Notes: generated from the sequence alone by a model not told the origin. A stretch of DNA of 64,000 bases from Nostoc sp. (GCA_036918135.1 JBALDB010000048.1:128001-192000), one strand, 5' to 3'; shown: positions 31,351 through 42,700, counted from the stretch's first letter. Numbers and translations are program-made.

Positions 31351-31783
31351 GATCGGGACAGGGAGTAAAGAGTAGTGTAATTCAATCAATTGAAAAACAC
31401 TGTAAAATGAGTAAATCAATATTCTTAAAAGCTTGTCTATTTGATTAATAAATCTGAATTTACAGAATCTTTCACCAATAAAAGACTTATTTTTTAAGAG
31501 TATTAAAGAAAGATTACAAATCAAAGATTAACACAAAAAGTCAATTTTTTTCAGGTCTTCGACTCAAGGGCGACTCCACAAATCTATAAAATTACTGTAG
31601 ATAGGTATCTTAGGCATCCTACTATTATCAATTCTAAGGAACTGACAAATAAAAAAATATCCCAATATTTACACTCATCAGTCAGCAGCTTAAAGTGGTT
31701 GTTTTTATTTCTTGGAGTTCCCTAACAAACTTGATATTTTAGGAACTACTCAACTATGGACATTATGGCTAATAATTAAAATT

Positions 31784-32386
31784 ATGGAGCCAAATGCTGA
31801 AATTCGTCGTTTATTAGATGTCATGCCTGCTTCTGGTCGGATGATGACAAAAATTATTAGCAAGCCGGAGCAGGCAAAAGTGATTGACGCCTCCTTTCCC
31901 CAACCCTGGAATCAGGCGCGACCGATATATATTAATTTTGATTTGTGGCGTCGTCTGACAAAGCCGCAAAGAGACTTGCTGCTGTTGCAGATGGTTAGCT
32001 GGTTGACAGGGGTGAAGTGGTTTAAACCCGACATTTATCAAGGTGTAGTGCTGGCAGGGCTGTTAGGTGGATTATGGGAAGCAGCACAGTCGGATGTGGT
32101 GGGTATAGTGGTAGCTGGGGGATTAAGTGCGATCGCCTTTGTTCGCATTTGGCGGGCTAACAAATCTCAAGAGTCAGAGTTAAATGCCGATGCAGCAGCA
32201 ATTCGGGTAGCACAACGGCGCGGCTATTCAGAAGTTGAAGCAGCGCAGCATTTGTTATCTGTAATTGAAGCCGTAGCCAAAATTGAAGGGCGTTCCAATT
32301 TAAATTTTAGCGAATTGATTCGTTGTCAAAATTTACGAGCGATCGCTGGTTTGTCACCAGTGAGTATGCCAGAAAATTATCAGTAG
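31784..32386 (+). CDS. DUF3318 family protein
   Basis: MEPNAEIRRLLDVMPASGRM; ORF track extends to 31712. Confidence 0.75.
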   Translation: MEPNAEIRRLLDVMPASGRMMTKIISKPEQAKVIDASFPQPWNQARPIYINFDLWRRLTKPQRDLLLLQMVSWLTGVKWFKPDIYQGVVLAGLLGGLWEAAQSDVVGIVVAGGLSAIAFVRIWRANKSQESELNADAAAIRVAQRRGYSEVEAAQHLLSVIEAVAKIEGRSNLNFSELIRCQNLRAIAGLSPVSMPENYQ

Positions 32387-32554
32387 AAATGAGTCATAAT
32401 TTCGAATTGAGCAGGTGAAGTTAAAAACTGCTTAGTCTAAACTCCAGTTAATTATGTCTACCTATTTCAAAAGTAGCAATAAATGTCTTTCATAACCAGG
32501 GGGAACCAACTGTGTATATAAATTTCAGGAAATTAATTTAATTTTCAGCTAACA

Positions 32555-34096
32555 ATGTTAAATAAAAAAAATCTCAAATTTACTTCAATATTACCTTTTC
32601 GTTCTCCTTGGTTTATTATCATCATTTTTTCTGCTCTTGGTTTAATCGGTATTCTCAACCATTCGATGTGGCGAGATGAACTAAATCCCTGGCTTATCAT
32701 TAGAGATAGTGAATCCTTGGGAGATTTAATTGCAAATATTCATTATGAAGGTCATCCTGTTCTCTGGTATTTTTCTCTAGCATTTATGAGAAAAATAGTC
32801 GATCATCCTATTATTATGCAAATTTTTCATTGGGCAATTACTGTTGCTTCAATTACTCTTTTTTGCCTATATAGCCCTTTTAACTATCAACAAAAGTTTC
32901 TGTTTTCGTTTGGTTACTTTACTTTTTATGAATATCTTTTAATTTCTCGAAACTATGCCTTTAGTATGTTGTTTGTTTTTGCATTCTGTACAATTTTTTC
33001 ATCGAGAAAAATAACTTATATTTATTTAACAATTTTATTGAGTTTATTAGCAAATAGCAGTGCTTATGGTTTACTAGTATCATTTTCTTTATCATTGACT
33101 TTACTTGCTGAATTTTGTTTTGATAGCGAACATCGCAATCAATATTTTAGTCAAAGTCAAAAATATGATTTACTTTTAAGTATTTTGATTATTATATTTT
33201 CTTTTATTTTCTCAATTTATATTTTAACACCTCCGGCAGATAGTTATCTTTATGGTGGCTTAAATAATGGTTGGGTAATGCAATTAGATTTTCGCCATTT
33301 CTTGAGAAGTATAGGTAGAATATTTGGTGGTTATTTATTAATTATTCCTCAACATAAAAGATGGCTTGATTTAATTATTTGTGCAATAATTATTTTATTT
33401 ATTACCATCTTAATTTCACTCAGATTATCTAAAAAACCAGTTATTTTATTTTTTTATATTATAGGAAATAGTGTAATATTTGCCTTTACATACTTGAGAT
33501 TTTCTGGTATGCCGAGGCATTTTGGACATTTCTATTTAATTTTGATAGCGGCTTTATGGCTGCAAAGCTATTATCAAGAGTCTTCCGCTTTAGTCAATAA
33601 ATTTTCTATCCGTCCCCATTCAATTGCATTTGTTCGTAATTGGTATAATATTGCTTTCATGTTAATTCTTTATGTTCATTTATTGGGAGGAATTTATAGT
33701 TTTTCCAGAGATTTAATCGTACCATTTTCTGCCAGTCGGGAAACAGCTCAATATCTTCAAAAAGTTGGTTTAGATAATGAATTTATCGTTGCCAGTCGCG
33801 ATGCAAATATGGCTCCCTTATCAGGTTATTTAAATCGCAAGTTCTACTATCCTGAGCTAAAAAAAATGGGAAGCTTCACCCTATTTAATAAAGGTCGTCA
33901 AGATGTTGAACAAGTTGAGATTTTAAACCAAATTAATTCTCTACTAAAACAAGATAGGCAAAATAAAATTTTGCTAATTCTGAATAAAAAACTAAATGTC
34001 AGCCACAATGATTTGAAGATTGTTCCGATTAAAGATTTTGAAAGAGACTGGGTGGATAGCGAACGATATTATCTTTATTGGGTAAATGAAGTATAA
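32555..34096 (+). CDS. polytopic membrane protein, GT-C-like glycosyltransferase
   Basis: HSMWRDE, YEGHPVLWY, YEY..ISRNYA; many TM helices; AT-rich. Confidence 0.65.
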   Translation: MLNKKNLKFTSILPFRSPWFIIIIFSALGLIGILNHSMWRDELNPWLIIRDSESLGDLIANIHYEGHPVLWYFSLAFMRKIVDHPIIMQIFHWAITVASITLFCLYSPFNYQQKFLFSFGYFTFYEYLLISRNYAFSMLFVFAFCTIFSSRKITYIYLTILLSLLANSSAYGLLVSFSLSLTLLAEFCFDSEHRNQYFSQSQKYDLLLSILIIIFSFIFSIYILTPPADSYLYGGLNNGWVMQLDFRHFLRSIGRIFGGYLLIIPQHKRWLDLIICAIIILFITILISLRLSKKPVILFFYIIGNSVIFAFTYLRFSGMPRHFGHFYLILIAALWLQSYYQESSALVNKFSIRPHSIAFVRNWYNIAFMLILYVHLLGGIYSFSRDLIVPFSASRETAQYLQKVGLDNEFIVASRDANMAPLSGYLNRKFYYPELKKMGSFTLFNKGRQDVEQVEILNQINSLLKQDRQNKILLILNKKLNVSHNDLKIVPIKDFERDWVDSERYYLYWVNEV

Positions 34097-34492
34097 AGAT
34101 ATATACGCTAAAGAGTTTTGGAGTTCTTAGGCAGAGATTAGAGTAATCTTTAGTAAAAGATATTTCATTAAAGCTACAGCAAGGAACTAATCCTGCTATC
34201 TTAGGCGTTTTATAGCGCTGTTCTGTTTGAGAGAATAAAGGCTTGTTTGTTGTACAAGCAGAATGTATTACCACATTGAAAAATCAAGCTTTTACATCCT
34301 TTGACTAGCTTACCACTACTGATAACTAGCTGCGATCGCTAAAGCTACTTTACACTGGAATATGAGAATGTGTCGTTAACTGACTTAAATGTCAGAGACT
34401 AAAGAGTTTATTCATACCTTCTTGGTATTGGTTATAAACTACCTACCTTGTGTAGGAAAACTTAATTGAAATTCTGTCAGTGACTAACGGAG

Positions 34493-34690
34493 TTGATGAG
34501 AATGAACTTTATTCTTTTTGTCTTAGCAGTGGTTTATGTAGGCGGCGCTTGGAAGTTTTGGAATGGGTTTGCGCGGACTAATTTTAATCCAAGTTTGACC
34601 AATCGCATTGGTTTATCTTTGCTATGGCCGGCTTTGTTTATTACTAATCAATCCTATCGTCGAAACTTTAGAAAGGCATTAAAGGGTTAG
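34493..34690 (+). CDS. small membrane protein
   Basis: 65-aa ORF with two hydrophobic segments; terminator follows. Confidence 0.7.
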   Translation: MMRMNFILFVLAVVYVGGAWKFWNGFARTNFNPSLTNRIGLSLLWPALFITNQSYRRNFRKALKG

Positions 34691-34754
34691 AATTTACTGT
34701 TAAGTAAATTTCAGCTTGACAGTGACATCTATCTTAATATAAATTCAATTGACT

Positions 34755-34785
34755 AACCCCCCTTTCTTACTAAGAAAGGGGGGTT
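34755..34785. terminator. bidirectional terminator hairpin
   Basis: perfect IR AACCCCCCTTTCTTA-C-TAAGAAAGGGGGGTT. Confidence 0.8.
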
Positions 34786-34849
34786 GAATTTGCTCATCCA
34801 AAAAGGAGAGAAGTCATGGATTAATTCCTAATGTCGTTGATAGTAGGAA

Positions 34850-35248
34850 TTATTTACCATTGGTGATAAGGTGGATTACTCCACCGACGGCTGCGCCATC
34901 AACAGCGTTACCAAGGGTGTCTCTCCGGTCACCAGTTATTACGCCGGTCAATGCGCTAGCGCCTGCACCAACTCCGACATCTTGAACCGCACTCCGGTGA
35001 CGACGATCTCTTCTAAGTCCATTTGCACCGTTGACGGCTGCACCAGTGGCACCACCCTTAACAGCATTACCTAATACACCACCATTTCCTCTGATAGCTC
35101 CGGTTACTACATTGGTTGCAGCACCAATACCGATATCACGTAGTACTTGGTCATCAGCAGCAGCAGGTTTGACGGGTGCTAAAGTAACACCAGCTAGACT
35201 TGCAGCCATCAAACTGGGTAAAAGTGTACGTTTTAAAATTGCATTCAT
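34850..35248 (-). CDS. exported glycine-zipper-like protein
   Basis: signal peptide ending PAAA; two DxGxGA...GNAVxG repeats. Confidence 0.75.
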   Translation of the reverse strand: MNAILKRTLLPSLMAASLAGVTLAPVKPAAADDQVLRDIGIGAATNVVTGAIRGNGGVLGNAVKGGATGAAVNGANGLRRDRRHRSAVQDVGVGAGASALTGVITGDRRDTLGNAVDGAAVGGVIHLITNGK

Positions 35249-35977
35249 TTGTATTACCTTCTCAAAACATCAAACAATTGAATAAAGTTCAAAGTTACTG
35301 GAGTCAGACAAAATCTGATTTTTTCGTTTGGACAACAGCAACTATTTATTGTTTGAGAACACATACATGATGACATTTACGAAACTATAATTACTTCTAC
35401 TACAAGCATGAGTTTACATTCAGTCTAGAGAAGGCCTTGCAGATTTAGTAGGTAATTCTGGGGATTACATATTGACAAAATAGATGAAATATAGTGTAGA
35501 GTTTTTTGGACATAAGGTGTGGAGTTTTTCATGACTAGTAAGGGATTTGTGATGCTAAACCGCATAGGGTTTACCCTATCTATCTAAAGATAGTTGCCAA
35601 AATAGTTAAACTAAACTATTGGGGTAAAATTTAATTATCAAGCTTAGCAGCCAAGCGTTTTGCTCGTAGCCTGTGCTTTGGGCGATCGCTGTTTGTTGCT
35701 TGTTGCTCTATATCTTCTGCGCCTGAAGCAGTTCGATCTGCACGTTCTGGGAAATGTAGTTGTTTGTTCATACCTAAAATCAAGTGAAATATGGGGCTAT
35801 TGCTAGGCTATCTTCAGTACCAAGCTGAAACTTAAGTCTCAAAGGCGCAAGTGCAGCAATAATTAACCTGACAACCACATCAACAAGTAGAAACCACATA
35901 GATTGGATCTTAAAAGATAGCCGTGTATGGTATAGAAATGTATAGAATCTTGAAAAGATATAAAATATAGTTTTTAA

Positions 35978-36694
35978 ATGTACACATTTTCACCATCTTC
36001 CTCAATGCAGCTGTCTGTACGACCAAAACACTTTCAGCCTATGAAGATCGTCGCACTGGGGGACAGCTTAATATATGGATTTGGCGACCCGGAAAAAGGG
36101 GGTTGGATTGAACAACTACGGCGATGGTGGATGTTGCCGGATAGTGCTGGTCATGTTCTTTATAATTTAGGCGTCAGGGGCGATCGCACGCAACAAGTAG
36201 CCCAAAGGCTAGAAGTTGAATTTCGTCATCGTGGTGAACTGCGAAATCGCGTTCCCGACTTGATTATTTTATCAGTAGGCGTGAATGATTCAGCGCGTTT
36301 AGCGCGTGCTGATGGGCGAAGTTACACAGATTTTAACGTATTTGAAAAGGAAATCGCTTCTCTGTTAGATTTGGCACAGCAACTCTGTCCTGTGTTGTTT
36401 GTCGGTATGGTGCCAGTAGATGAAGCTAAGATGCCATTTTTAGATTGTTTTTATTATAATCATGCGGATCAGTACCGCTACAAACAAGCAACGCGGATTG
36501 CTTGTTATAAACGGCAAATTCCCTATTTGGATATTTTTGATAAATGGATGGAACGCGGTGAAGCTTGGCGGCTCAAACGTTTGAGTGATGACGGACTACA
36601 TCCCAATACACTAGGTTATCAAGCCTTGTTAGAAGATGTAATAAATTGGGATGCCATTGCAAATTATCACTCTCTGAATTTGATTACCACCTGA
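35978..36694 (+). CDS. GDSL/SGNH hydrolase
   Basis: GDSL, GVND, DGLHPN. Confidence 0.92.
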   Translation: MYTFSPSSSMQLSVRPKHFQPMKIVALGDSLIYGFGDPEKGGWIEQLRRWWMLPDSAGHVLYNLGVRGDRTQQVAQRLEVEFRHRGELRNRVPDLIILSVGVNDSARLARADGRSYTDFNVFEKEIASLLDLAQQLCPVLFVGMVPVDEAKMPFLDCFYYNHADQYRYKQATRIACYKRQIPYLDIFDKWMERGEAWRLKRLSDDGLHPNTLGYQALLEDVINWDAIANYHSLNLITT

Positions 36695-36867
36695 GAGGAT
36701 GTTTGAAAAGTCTGTAGTAGTGTATTAAATATTTTTTTACCCTACCGATCCCTCCTCGATGTATTGAGGAGGGAACTAAATTGTTTAGTCTCCCCCCTTT
36801 ATAAAGGAGGATTAAGAGGGGTAAAAATGTAATTAGAACTACTATCAACCACTTTTAGAACAACCTC
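36695..36867. mobile_element. MITE-like element
   Basis: imperfect TIRs GAGGATGTTTGAAAAGT / ACTTTTAGAACAACCTC; internal palindromes. Confidence 0.65.
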
Positions 36868-36880
36868 CTACTCTCCACTC

Positions 36881-37315
36881 ATGACACCAACTTTATTTGG
36901 TCGCTGGCAAACTCGATTATTATTACTTGCAACTGTAGGCGTATTCGTATCTTTACCCTTTGCAATAGGTTTGATTGGTTCTGGTGCTAACTCAGTTTAT
37001 TTTTGGATACTTGGTTATATCGCTGTCTTTGGCTTAGGTTGGGATGTACTTTATAACTATCTCCAAAAATTTCGCTGGGACAGAGATTGGCCGGCAATTT
37101 ATCAACTTTTAGCTGGTATTTGGGAATTCATTTTTGTGTTCTGTGGAATTAAAGTGTTTGGCTTGTTACCAATACCTTTACCAAAGGAAGAACTGTCACC
37201 AACAGATTTTTTATTGCACTATAGCGTCGTGTGGTTAGCAGTTTTTATTACTTCTCAAAGCCTGATGCGAATTATCTTTCTCCGTTGGCGTTTCCGGGGT
37301 GGACAGTGGTTATAA
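36881..37315 (+). CDS. hypothetical membrane protein
   Basis: four hydrophobic segments; RWDRDWP. Confidence 0.75.
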   Translation: MTPTLFGRWQTRLLLLATVGVFVSLPFAIGLIGSGANSVYFWILGYIAVFGLGWDVLYNYLQKFRWDRDWPAIYQLLAGIWEFIFVFCGIKVFGLLPIPLPKEELSPTDFLLHYSVVWLAVFITSQSLMRIIFLRWRFRGGQWL

Positions 37316-37811
37316 TTCGTAATTTTTGAAAATCAAATTTTATCTGCGTTTATAAATATTTGTATTTGTAATAGGGTAGTACAAGTGTGCTGCCCTACCT
37401 TTGTATTCAAATCAAATCAAATGTATTGTAAGTTAAATCTTCAGCTATAAACCCTATCTACACAGGTAGACAAAACAAGGAGCTTAAGCTCGTTGTTGTT
37501 TTTCTCTTAACTCATAAAGATAGGCTACGTTTATATAAAATTCTATTCACAATTGCTGAATTTGACACCAATAGGCATTACTGTGCTAATAAAAATATAC
37601 TCGTATTATTGTTCACTTCAATTTCAACCATAGGACATTAATGCCAACAGCAAGTTGCTGTCTTTTTAACTCATGCTAAAGCTGCAATAAAGGATATTTT
37701 CAGGTTATACCTGGAAAAGATATTTTTTTAGAGGGAAATCAAGCGAGTATTTTATACTTCTTAAACGTCCTCTAAAAACTTTCAATTTAAATTTCTACTC
37801 AATAAAGTACA

Positions 37812-39101
37812 ATGTCGAATTTTCAACTAGTTATTCAGCTATTTCTGCAACTTACACTAATTTTAGCCACTTGTCGGGTCATCACGATTTTAGGACGCCG
37901 CTATCTTGGTCAAACTGATGTTGTTTGCGAAATGATTGCAGGTGTCATGCTAGGGCCATCATTTTTAGGTTTGATTGCACCAAATTTTCAGCAATGGCTA
38001 TTTCCTAAGCTGCCGATTATCACTGCTTTAGGAGATAAGATACCCAATCCATCAATGTCGATTTTATATGCTATTAGCCAAATTGGGTTAGTAATTTATA
38101 TGTTTTTGATTGGTTTAGAGTTCAATACAAAACTCTTAAAACACCATATTAAAAGTGCAGGTTTATTATCTGCTGCCGGAATTATTACTCCGTTTATCTT
38201 GGGAGCGATCGCTTCTTTTTGGTTATATCACAATGGCAATTTCTTTCAACCAAAAGTAGTGCCTTGGTCAGCGGCTTTGTATCTAGGTGCATCGATGACA
38301 ATTACCGCTTTTCCGATGTTAGCTCGCATTCTTTACGAACGCGGACTTGCACAAACTCGCTTCGGGACTTTGGCTTTAGGTGCAGCATCGGTAGATGATG
38401 GAGTTGCTTGGTGTTTGCTGGCGATCGTGCTTGCTAGTGTGAAAAATTCTATCAACATCGCCATATTAGCAATTGGTGGTGGCATTTGCTACGTGTTATT
38501 TGCAATTTTTATTGGACAACGTGGACTTAAAGTTTTCACGCGCATGACAAAACGTGATGCGGGTGTGAACAGACAAACACTGACTTTATTGTTAATAATT
38601 TTGATGTTTTGTGCTTGGTTTACTGATATCACAGGTATCTATGCAATATTCGGTGCATTTGTGTTGGGAGTAATAACACCACGCGGGGAGTTTGCCCAAC
38701 AAATTCGCCAATATACAGAGTTTTTCACTACTTCTTTTTTATTGCCGATATTTTTTGTCTTTTCTGGATTAAACACTCAAATCGGACTAGTAAACACACC
38801 TGCATTATGGGGAATTACCTGCTTAATTGTGGCGATCGCAATTTTTGGTAAAGGTATTGCTTGTATGTTAGCAGCAAAATTAGCAGGAGAAAATTGGCGG
38901 GAATCAGCAACTATTGGTGCTCTGATGAATGCTCGCGGTTTGATGGAGTTAATTATCCTCAATATTGGGCTTGAACAAGGTATAATCACGCCTACTTTAT
39001 TCACTATCATGGTTATTATGGCTATAGTTACTACACTCATGGCATCTCCGCTGATTGCCTTTTTGTTGCACGGTACAAGCTATGAAAAATTTACCGTTTA
39101 A
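37812..39101 (+). CDS. cation:proton antiporter (CPA2, NhaS4-like)
   Basis: EMIAGVMLGPS, ITAFPMLARIL, SVDD, MNARGLMEL. Confidence 0.92.
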   Translation: MSNFQLVIQLFLQLTLILATCRVITILGRRYLGQTDVVCEMIAGVMLGPSFLGLIAPNFQQWLFPKLPIITALGDKIPNPSMSILYAISQIGLVIYMFLIGLEFNTKLLKHHIKSAGLLSAAGIITPFILGAIASFWLYHNGNFFQPKVVPWSAALYLGASMTITAFPMLARILYERGLAQTRFGTLALGAASVDDGVAWCLLAIVLASVKNSINIAILAIGGGICYVLFAIFIGQRGLKVFTRMTKRDAGVNRQTLTLLLIILMFCAWFTDITGIYAIFGAFVLGVITPRGEFAQQIRQYTEFFTTSFLLPIFFVFSGLNTQIGLVNTPALWGITCLIVAIAIFGKGIACMLAAKLAGENWRESATIGALMNARGLMELIILNIGLEQGIITPTLFTIMVIMAIVTTLMASPLIAFLLHGTSYEKFTV

Positions 39102-39253
39102 GCACATTTATATAGAAAATTAAGAATTAATTCTTGATACTAACTACAGCAAAGTACCTAATGCTATTAACGGTAGTAGAGCATTGAGCCAGTGTTGTTA
39201 GCTTTCTTTGGGGCGTTGAGCTAGTGCTGAGTTTGAGTTAAGAGTTAGGAGTT

Positions 39254-39357
39254 ATATCAAGTTCGGACAATTACTTATTATTAAAATCTCTTTGCGTCAA
39301 AGCGTCCCGGTGTCCCTGTATCAATTCTTATAATAAGTCTTCAACCGAACATGATAT
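39254..39357. mobile_element. MITE-like element
   Basis: TIR ATATCAAGTTCGG / CCGAACATGATAT; relative at 62349-62435. Confidence 0.65.
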
Positions 39358-39649
39358 TATTCTCCTTCATCCCCCTCATCTGGTACCTTCGCTCTGCTAC
39401 TAATAGCAACTCAGATTACAAATAAGCGTAAATCTAATTTTGAGTGCGTTTGACAAACTTGCTCTGATAATTCGTAATTCATAATTAATCGTACAAGCCG
39501 ATAAATTGATTGATTCAAATGTTAATGGCTGAATTTGCAATTTTGAATTCCTAGTTTGTGTAGTCTGTTTCGTAAGAGCAGGGGTTGACATTTTCCAGTC
39601 TAATAAACAATTATCTTAGTGAAACCAGATAGTTACTTTTGAGGAAACC

Positions 39650-41866
39650 ATGCACACAGTTATTCTCGTTCTGGTTGAGGTGCTGATTGTTATTGGGCTT
39701 TCACGGCTAGTAGGGCTAGGATTTCGCTCTATTAAGCAACCGCTGGTAATTGGTGAAATTGTTGCTGGGATTATGCTTGGCCCGTCTTTATTTGGTTTAG
39801 TTGCTCCCCACACAGCAGTTACTTTATTTCCCCCAGAAACTATTCCTTTTCTAAATGTTTTGTCTCAGGTGGGACTAATATTTTTCATGTTTCTGATTGG
39901 GCTAGAACTAAATCCAAAATACCTCAGCGGTCAGCTAGAAGTGGCAGTTTTAACTTCTCATGTCAGTATTTTGGTGCCTTTCTCCTTAGGAACATTACTA
40001 GCGGTGGTGCTTTATCCGCTGGTTTCCAATGCTAGTGTTTCGTTTACCGCCTTTGCCTTATTTTTGGGGGCAGCGATGTCGATTACTGCCTTTCCAGTAT
40101 TGGCACGAATCATTACTGAGAGTAATTTACAAGGAACGCGCTTAGGAACATTAGCGTTAACTTGTGCAGCAGTGGATGATGTCACAGCTTGGTGTTTATT
40201 AGCAGTAGCGATTGCTGTAGTTCGGACTGGCAATTTTACTGGTGCAGTACCGACAATTATTATCAGCCTAGTCTACATCGGCGTCATGCTGACGCTAGGA
40301 CGTTGGTTGCTCAAAGGGCTTGCCAAACATTACCAGCGTGCAGGACGCCTCAGCCAATTGCTGTTAGCTGGGATTTACATGGCAGTGGTTGCATCCGCAC
40401 TCATTACTGAACTGATCGGCATTCACTTAATTTTTGGGGCATTTTTACTAGGAGCAGCAATGCCCAAAAATGAAGATTTAGTGCGTGAATTGGCAGTCAA
40501 AACCGAAGATTTTGTCCTGGTATTCTTGCTGCCAATATTTTTTGCCTACAGTGGTTTGCGGACACAGATTGGTTTGCTCAACCGCCCAGAATTATGGCTA
40601 TTGTGTGCATTAGTTTTAGCAGTGGCGATCGCAGGTAAATATGTTGGCACTTATGTAGCAGCTCGTGTCAGTGGCATTAATAAGCGGGAAGCTTCGGCAC
40701 TCGGTTGGTTAATGAATACTCGCGGCTTGACCGAGTTGATAGTGCTAAATATTGGTCTGGAGTTAGGAGTAATTTCTCCTTTAGTATTTACCATGCTGGT
40801 AATTATGGCGCTGGTAACTACATTTATGACCTCACCACTGTTGGAATGGACATATCCGAAAAAGCTCATCAGGTTAGATGTTGTAGAACCACAGTCGCAA
40901 CCAGAAACCGAAAAAGATTTAGGTACAGAAGATACCATTGTTCAAGATGAAACTTACACTTGTTCCTACCGGATTTTAGTGCCAGTAGCGAATCCGAATA
41001 CGCAAAAAGGTTTGGTACAGTTAGCAGTAGCTATTGCTCTTAACTATCGACAACCTGCTGTTGTTCATCCCCTCAGCTTGATTGAATTTCAAGAAAACTA
41101 TGCTTTTGAGAGTACCCCAGTTGAAGCAGACCGGTTAATCGCTCAGCGTCGCCAGCAGCTAGAAGAATTAATTAATACTCTTGAACCTCCACAAACACGT
41201 TCTTACGTGCATCCCATTGTTCGCATATCCAGCAATGTCGCACGGGAAACAGCACAGATTGCCGCCTTAGACCAAGTTAATTTAATTCTCGTCGGATGGC
41301 ATCGCCCAGCTTTTAGTAGCAACCGCTTAGGGGGAAGAGTCGGCCAAATTCTTACTACTGCGCCAGTGGATGTAGCAGTGTTTGTAGACCGGGGAGGTGA
41401 GCGATTAGAAAACTTGTTAGTGCCTTATTCTGCAAATATTCACGATGATTTAGCATTAATACTTGCTTTGAGACTGCTAATCAATCATCAAACTTCTATG
41501 TTGCAGATTTTACACGTTTTACTAGAAAATCGCCTCAAAGATGAATTGAGTTACGAACTAGACATGATGATGCAGCAATTACCGAATAGTGTACGCGATC
41601 GCATAGAAATCAAACTTGTCCAAGCCCCAGATCCCATCCAAGCCGTCGTCGAAGCCTCAAAAAATGTAGACCTAACAATTGCTGGCACCAGTCGCGCTTG
41701 GGGTATTGAGCGTCAAACCTTGGGAAGATATACAGATCAACTAGCCATCCAATGCCACTCCTCCCTGCTGATTACCCGTCGCTACAGTCAAGTCACCGCC
41801 GATCTGGCTTCCATACTTCCTGAGGTTATTAGTCAACAGCCAACAACTCAAGAGTTGAAATTATGA
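39650..41866 (+). CDS. cation:proton antiporter with C-terminal USP-like domains
   Basis: ITAFPVLARI, AVDD, MNTRGLTEL; RILVPVAN domain. Confidence 0.92.
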   Translation: MHTVILVLVEVLIVIGLSRLVGLGFRSIKQPLVIGEIVAGIMLGPSLFGLVAPHTAVTLFPPETIPFLNVLSQVGLIFFMFLIGLELNPKYLSGQLEVAVLTSHVSILVPFSLGTLLAVVLYPLVSNASVSFTAFALFLGAAMSITAFPVLARIITESNLQGTRLGTLALTCAAVDDVTAWCLLAVAIAVVRTGNFTGAVPTIIISLVYIGVMLTLGRWLLKGLAKHYQRAGRLSQLLLAGIYMAVVASALITELIGIHLIFGAFLLGAAMPKNEDLVRELAVKTEDFVLVFLLPIFFAYSGLRTQIGLLNRPELWLLCALVLAVAIAGKYVGTYVAARVSGINKREASALGWLMNTRGLTELIVLNIGLELGVISPLVFTMLVIMALVTTFMTSPLLEWTYPKKLIRLDVVEPQSQPETEKDLGTEDTIVQDETYTCSYRILVPVANPNTQKGLVQLAVAIALNYRQPAVVHPLSLIEFQENYAFESTPVEADRLIAQRRQQLEELINTLEPPQTRSYVHPIVRISSNVARETAQIAALDQVNLILVGWHRPAFSSNRLGGRVGQILTTAPVDVAVFVDRGGERLENLLVPYSANIHDDLALILALRLLINHQTSMLQILHVLLENRLKDELSYELDMMMQQLPNSVRDRIEIKLVQAPDPIQAVVEASKNVDLTIAGTSRAWGIERQTLGRYTDQLAIQCHSSLLITRRYSQVTADLASILPEVISQQPTTQELKL

Positions 41867-42369
41867 ATCATTCCAATTTCAAATCTTTGGCTTTTTATGG
41901 AGTAGCAATAGCTTCAGTTTTACTGTTGTTTAAAACTGTAACTGCTTATGGAGAAGACAATCTCAAAGCTCCTGCTAAGGTTAGCGATCGCTATCGTCTA
42001 ACACTAGCTGAAAATTTACCCAACTGTGAAAAATCAAATACCCTAATATTAAACATTGAACAGTCGGGTATTTACTTAAATGCCTCTCTCTCACCAACAA
42101 ACGCCAACGCTGACACTGACAAAAAGCATTCTCTCATCGGCATCTTAAGAAATCAACAGTTAAATTTATCTGGTAAAGTTAACAGTTCAACCCTTTGTAA
42201 TATTCGTCACTCCCGAAACGAGCCTTTGAAATCAGTCACAATTCAAATGCAACTAGTTAACAGAGGTAGTACACTAGGGCAATTAACTCTTAATGGCATT
42301 CCCCAAACTCTAAAATTTACTGCTGTGCCAGAAAAAGTTCAAGAATCTCAAAAGTCTAACAGCCATTAA
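41863..42369 (+). CDS. hypothetical membrane-anchored protein coupled to the antiporter
   Basis: ATGA overlap; N-terminal TM helix. Confidence 0.7.
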   Translation: MNHSNFKSLAFYGVAIASVLLLFKTVTAYGEDNLKAPAKVSDRYRLTLAENLPNCEKSNTLILNIEQSGIYLNASLSPTNANADTDKKHSLIGILRNQQLNLSGKVNSSTLCNIRHSRNEPLKSVTIQMQLVNRGSTLGQLTLNGIPQTLKFTAVPEKVQESQKSNSH

Positions 42370-42700
42370 AAGGAGATTGGGAGTACTGAGTTAGGAGTCA
42401 GCAATTGGCAGTTGTGAGTTAGGTAGAAACGCGATTTAATCGCCTCTGTACAAGAAAGAATTAAGAGTTATTCTCCTCCATCTCCCAGTTGATGAGTTTC
42501 CACTACGCGGAAATTGAGCGAAGTCGAGATTCAACTACCGCCAAGTCAACCACATCTCCCTTATCTCCTTCATTTGTGACCAAAGCTTTCAAAGTCTTCC
42601 GCAAGGTTGCTGAATTCTGCTATAAAAAGTTAAAAGTATAATTTAATTCATAGCTTATACTAGAAATTTCTTAAAATTCAATATTAAAGGCATAAATAGA

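Noticed and set aside
31351..31783. Long N-terminal extensions of ORFs 31090-31524 and 31712-32386; likewise for csaB, rpsC and rplV
   Set aside because: They run through promoter or spacer DNA; downstream starts fit the family N-termini better.
32495..32553. c-di-AMP (ydaO) riboswitch-like words GGGGAACCA and CAGCTAAC
   Set aside because: The other conserved segments and pairings are missing.
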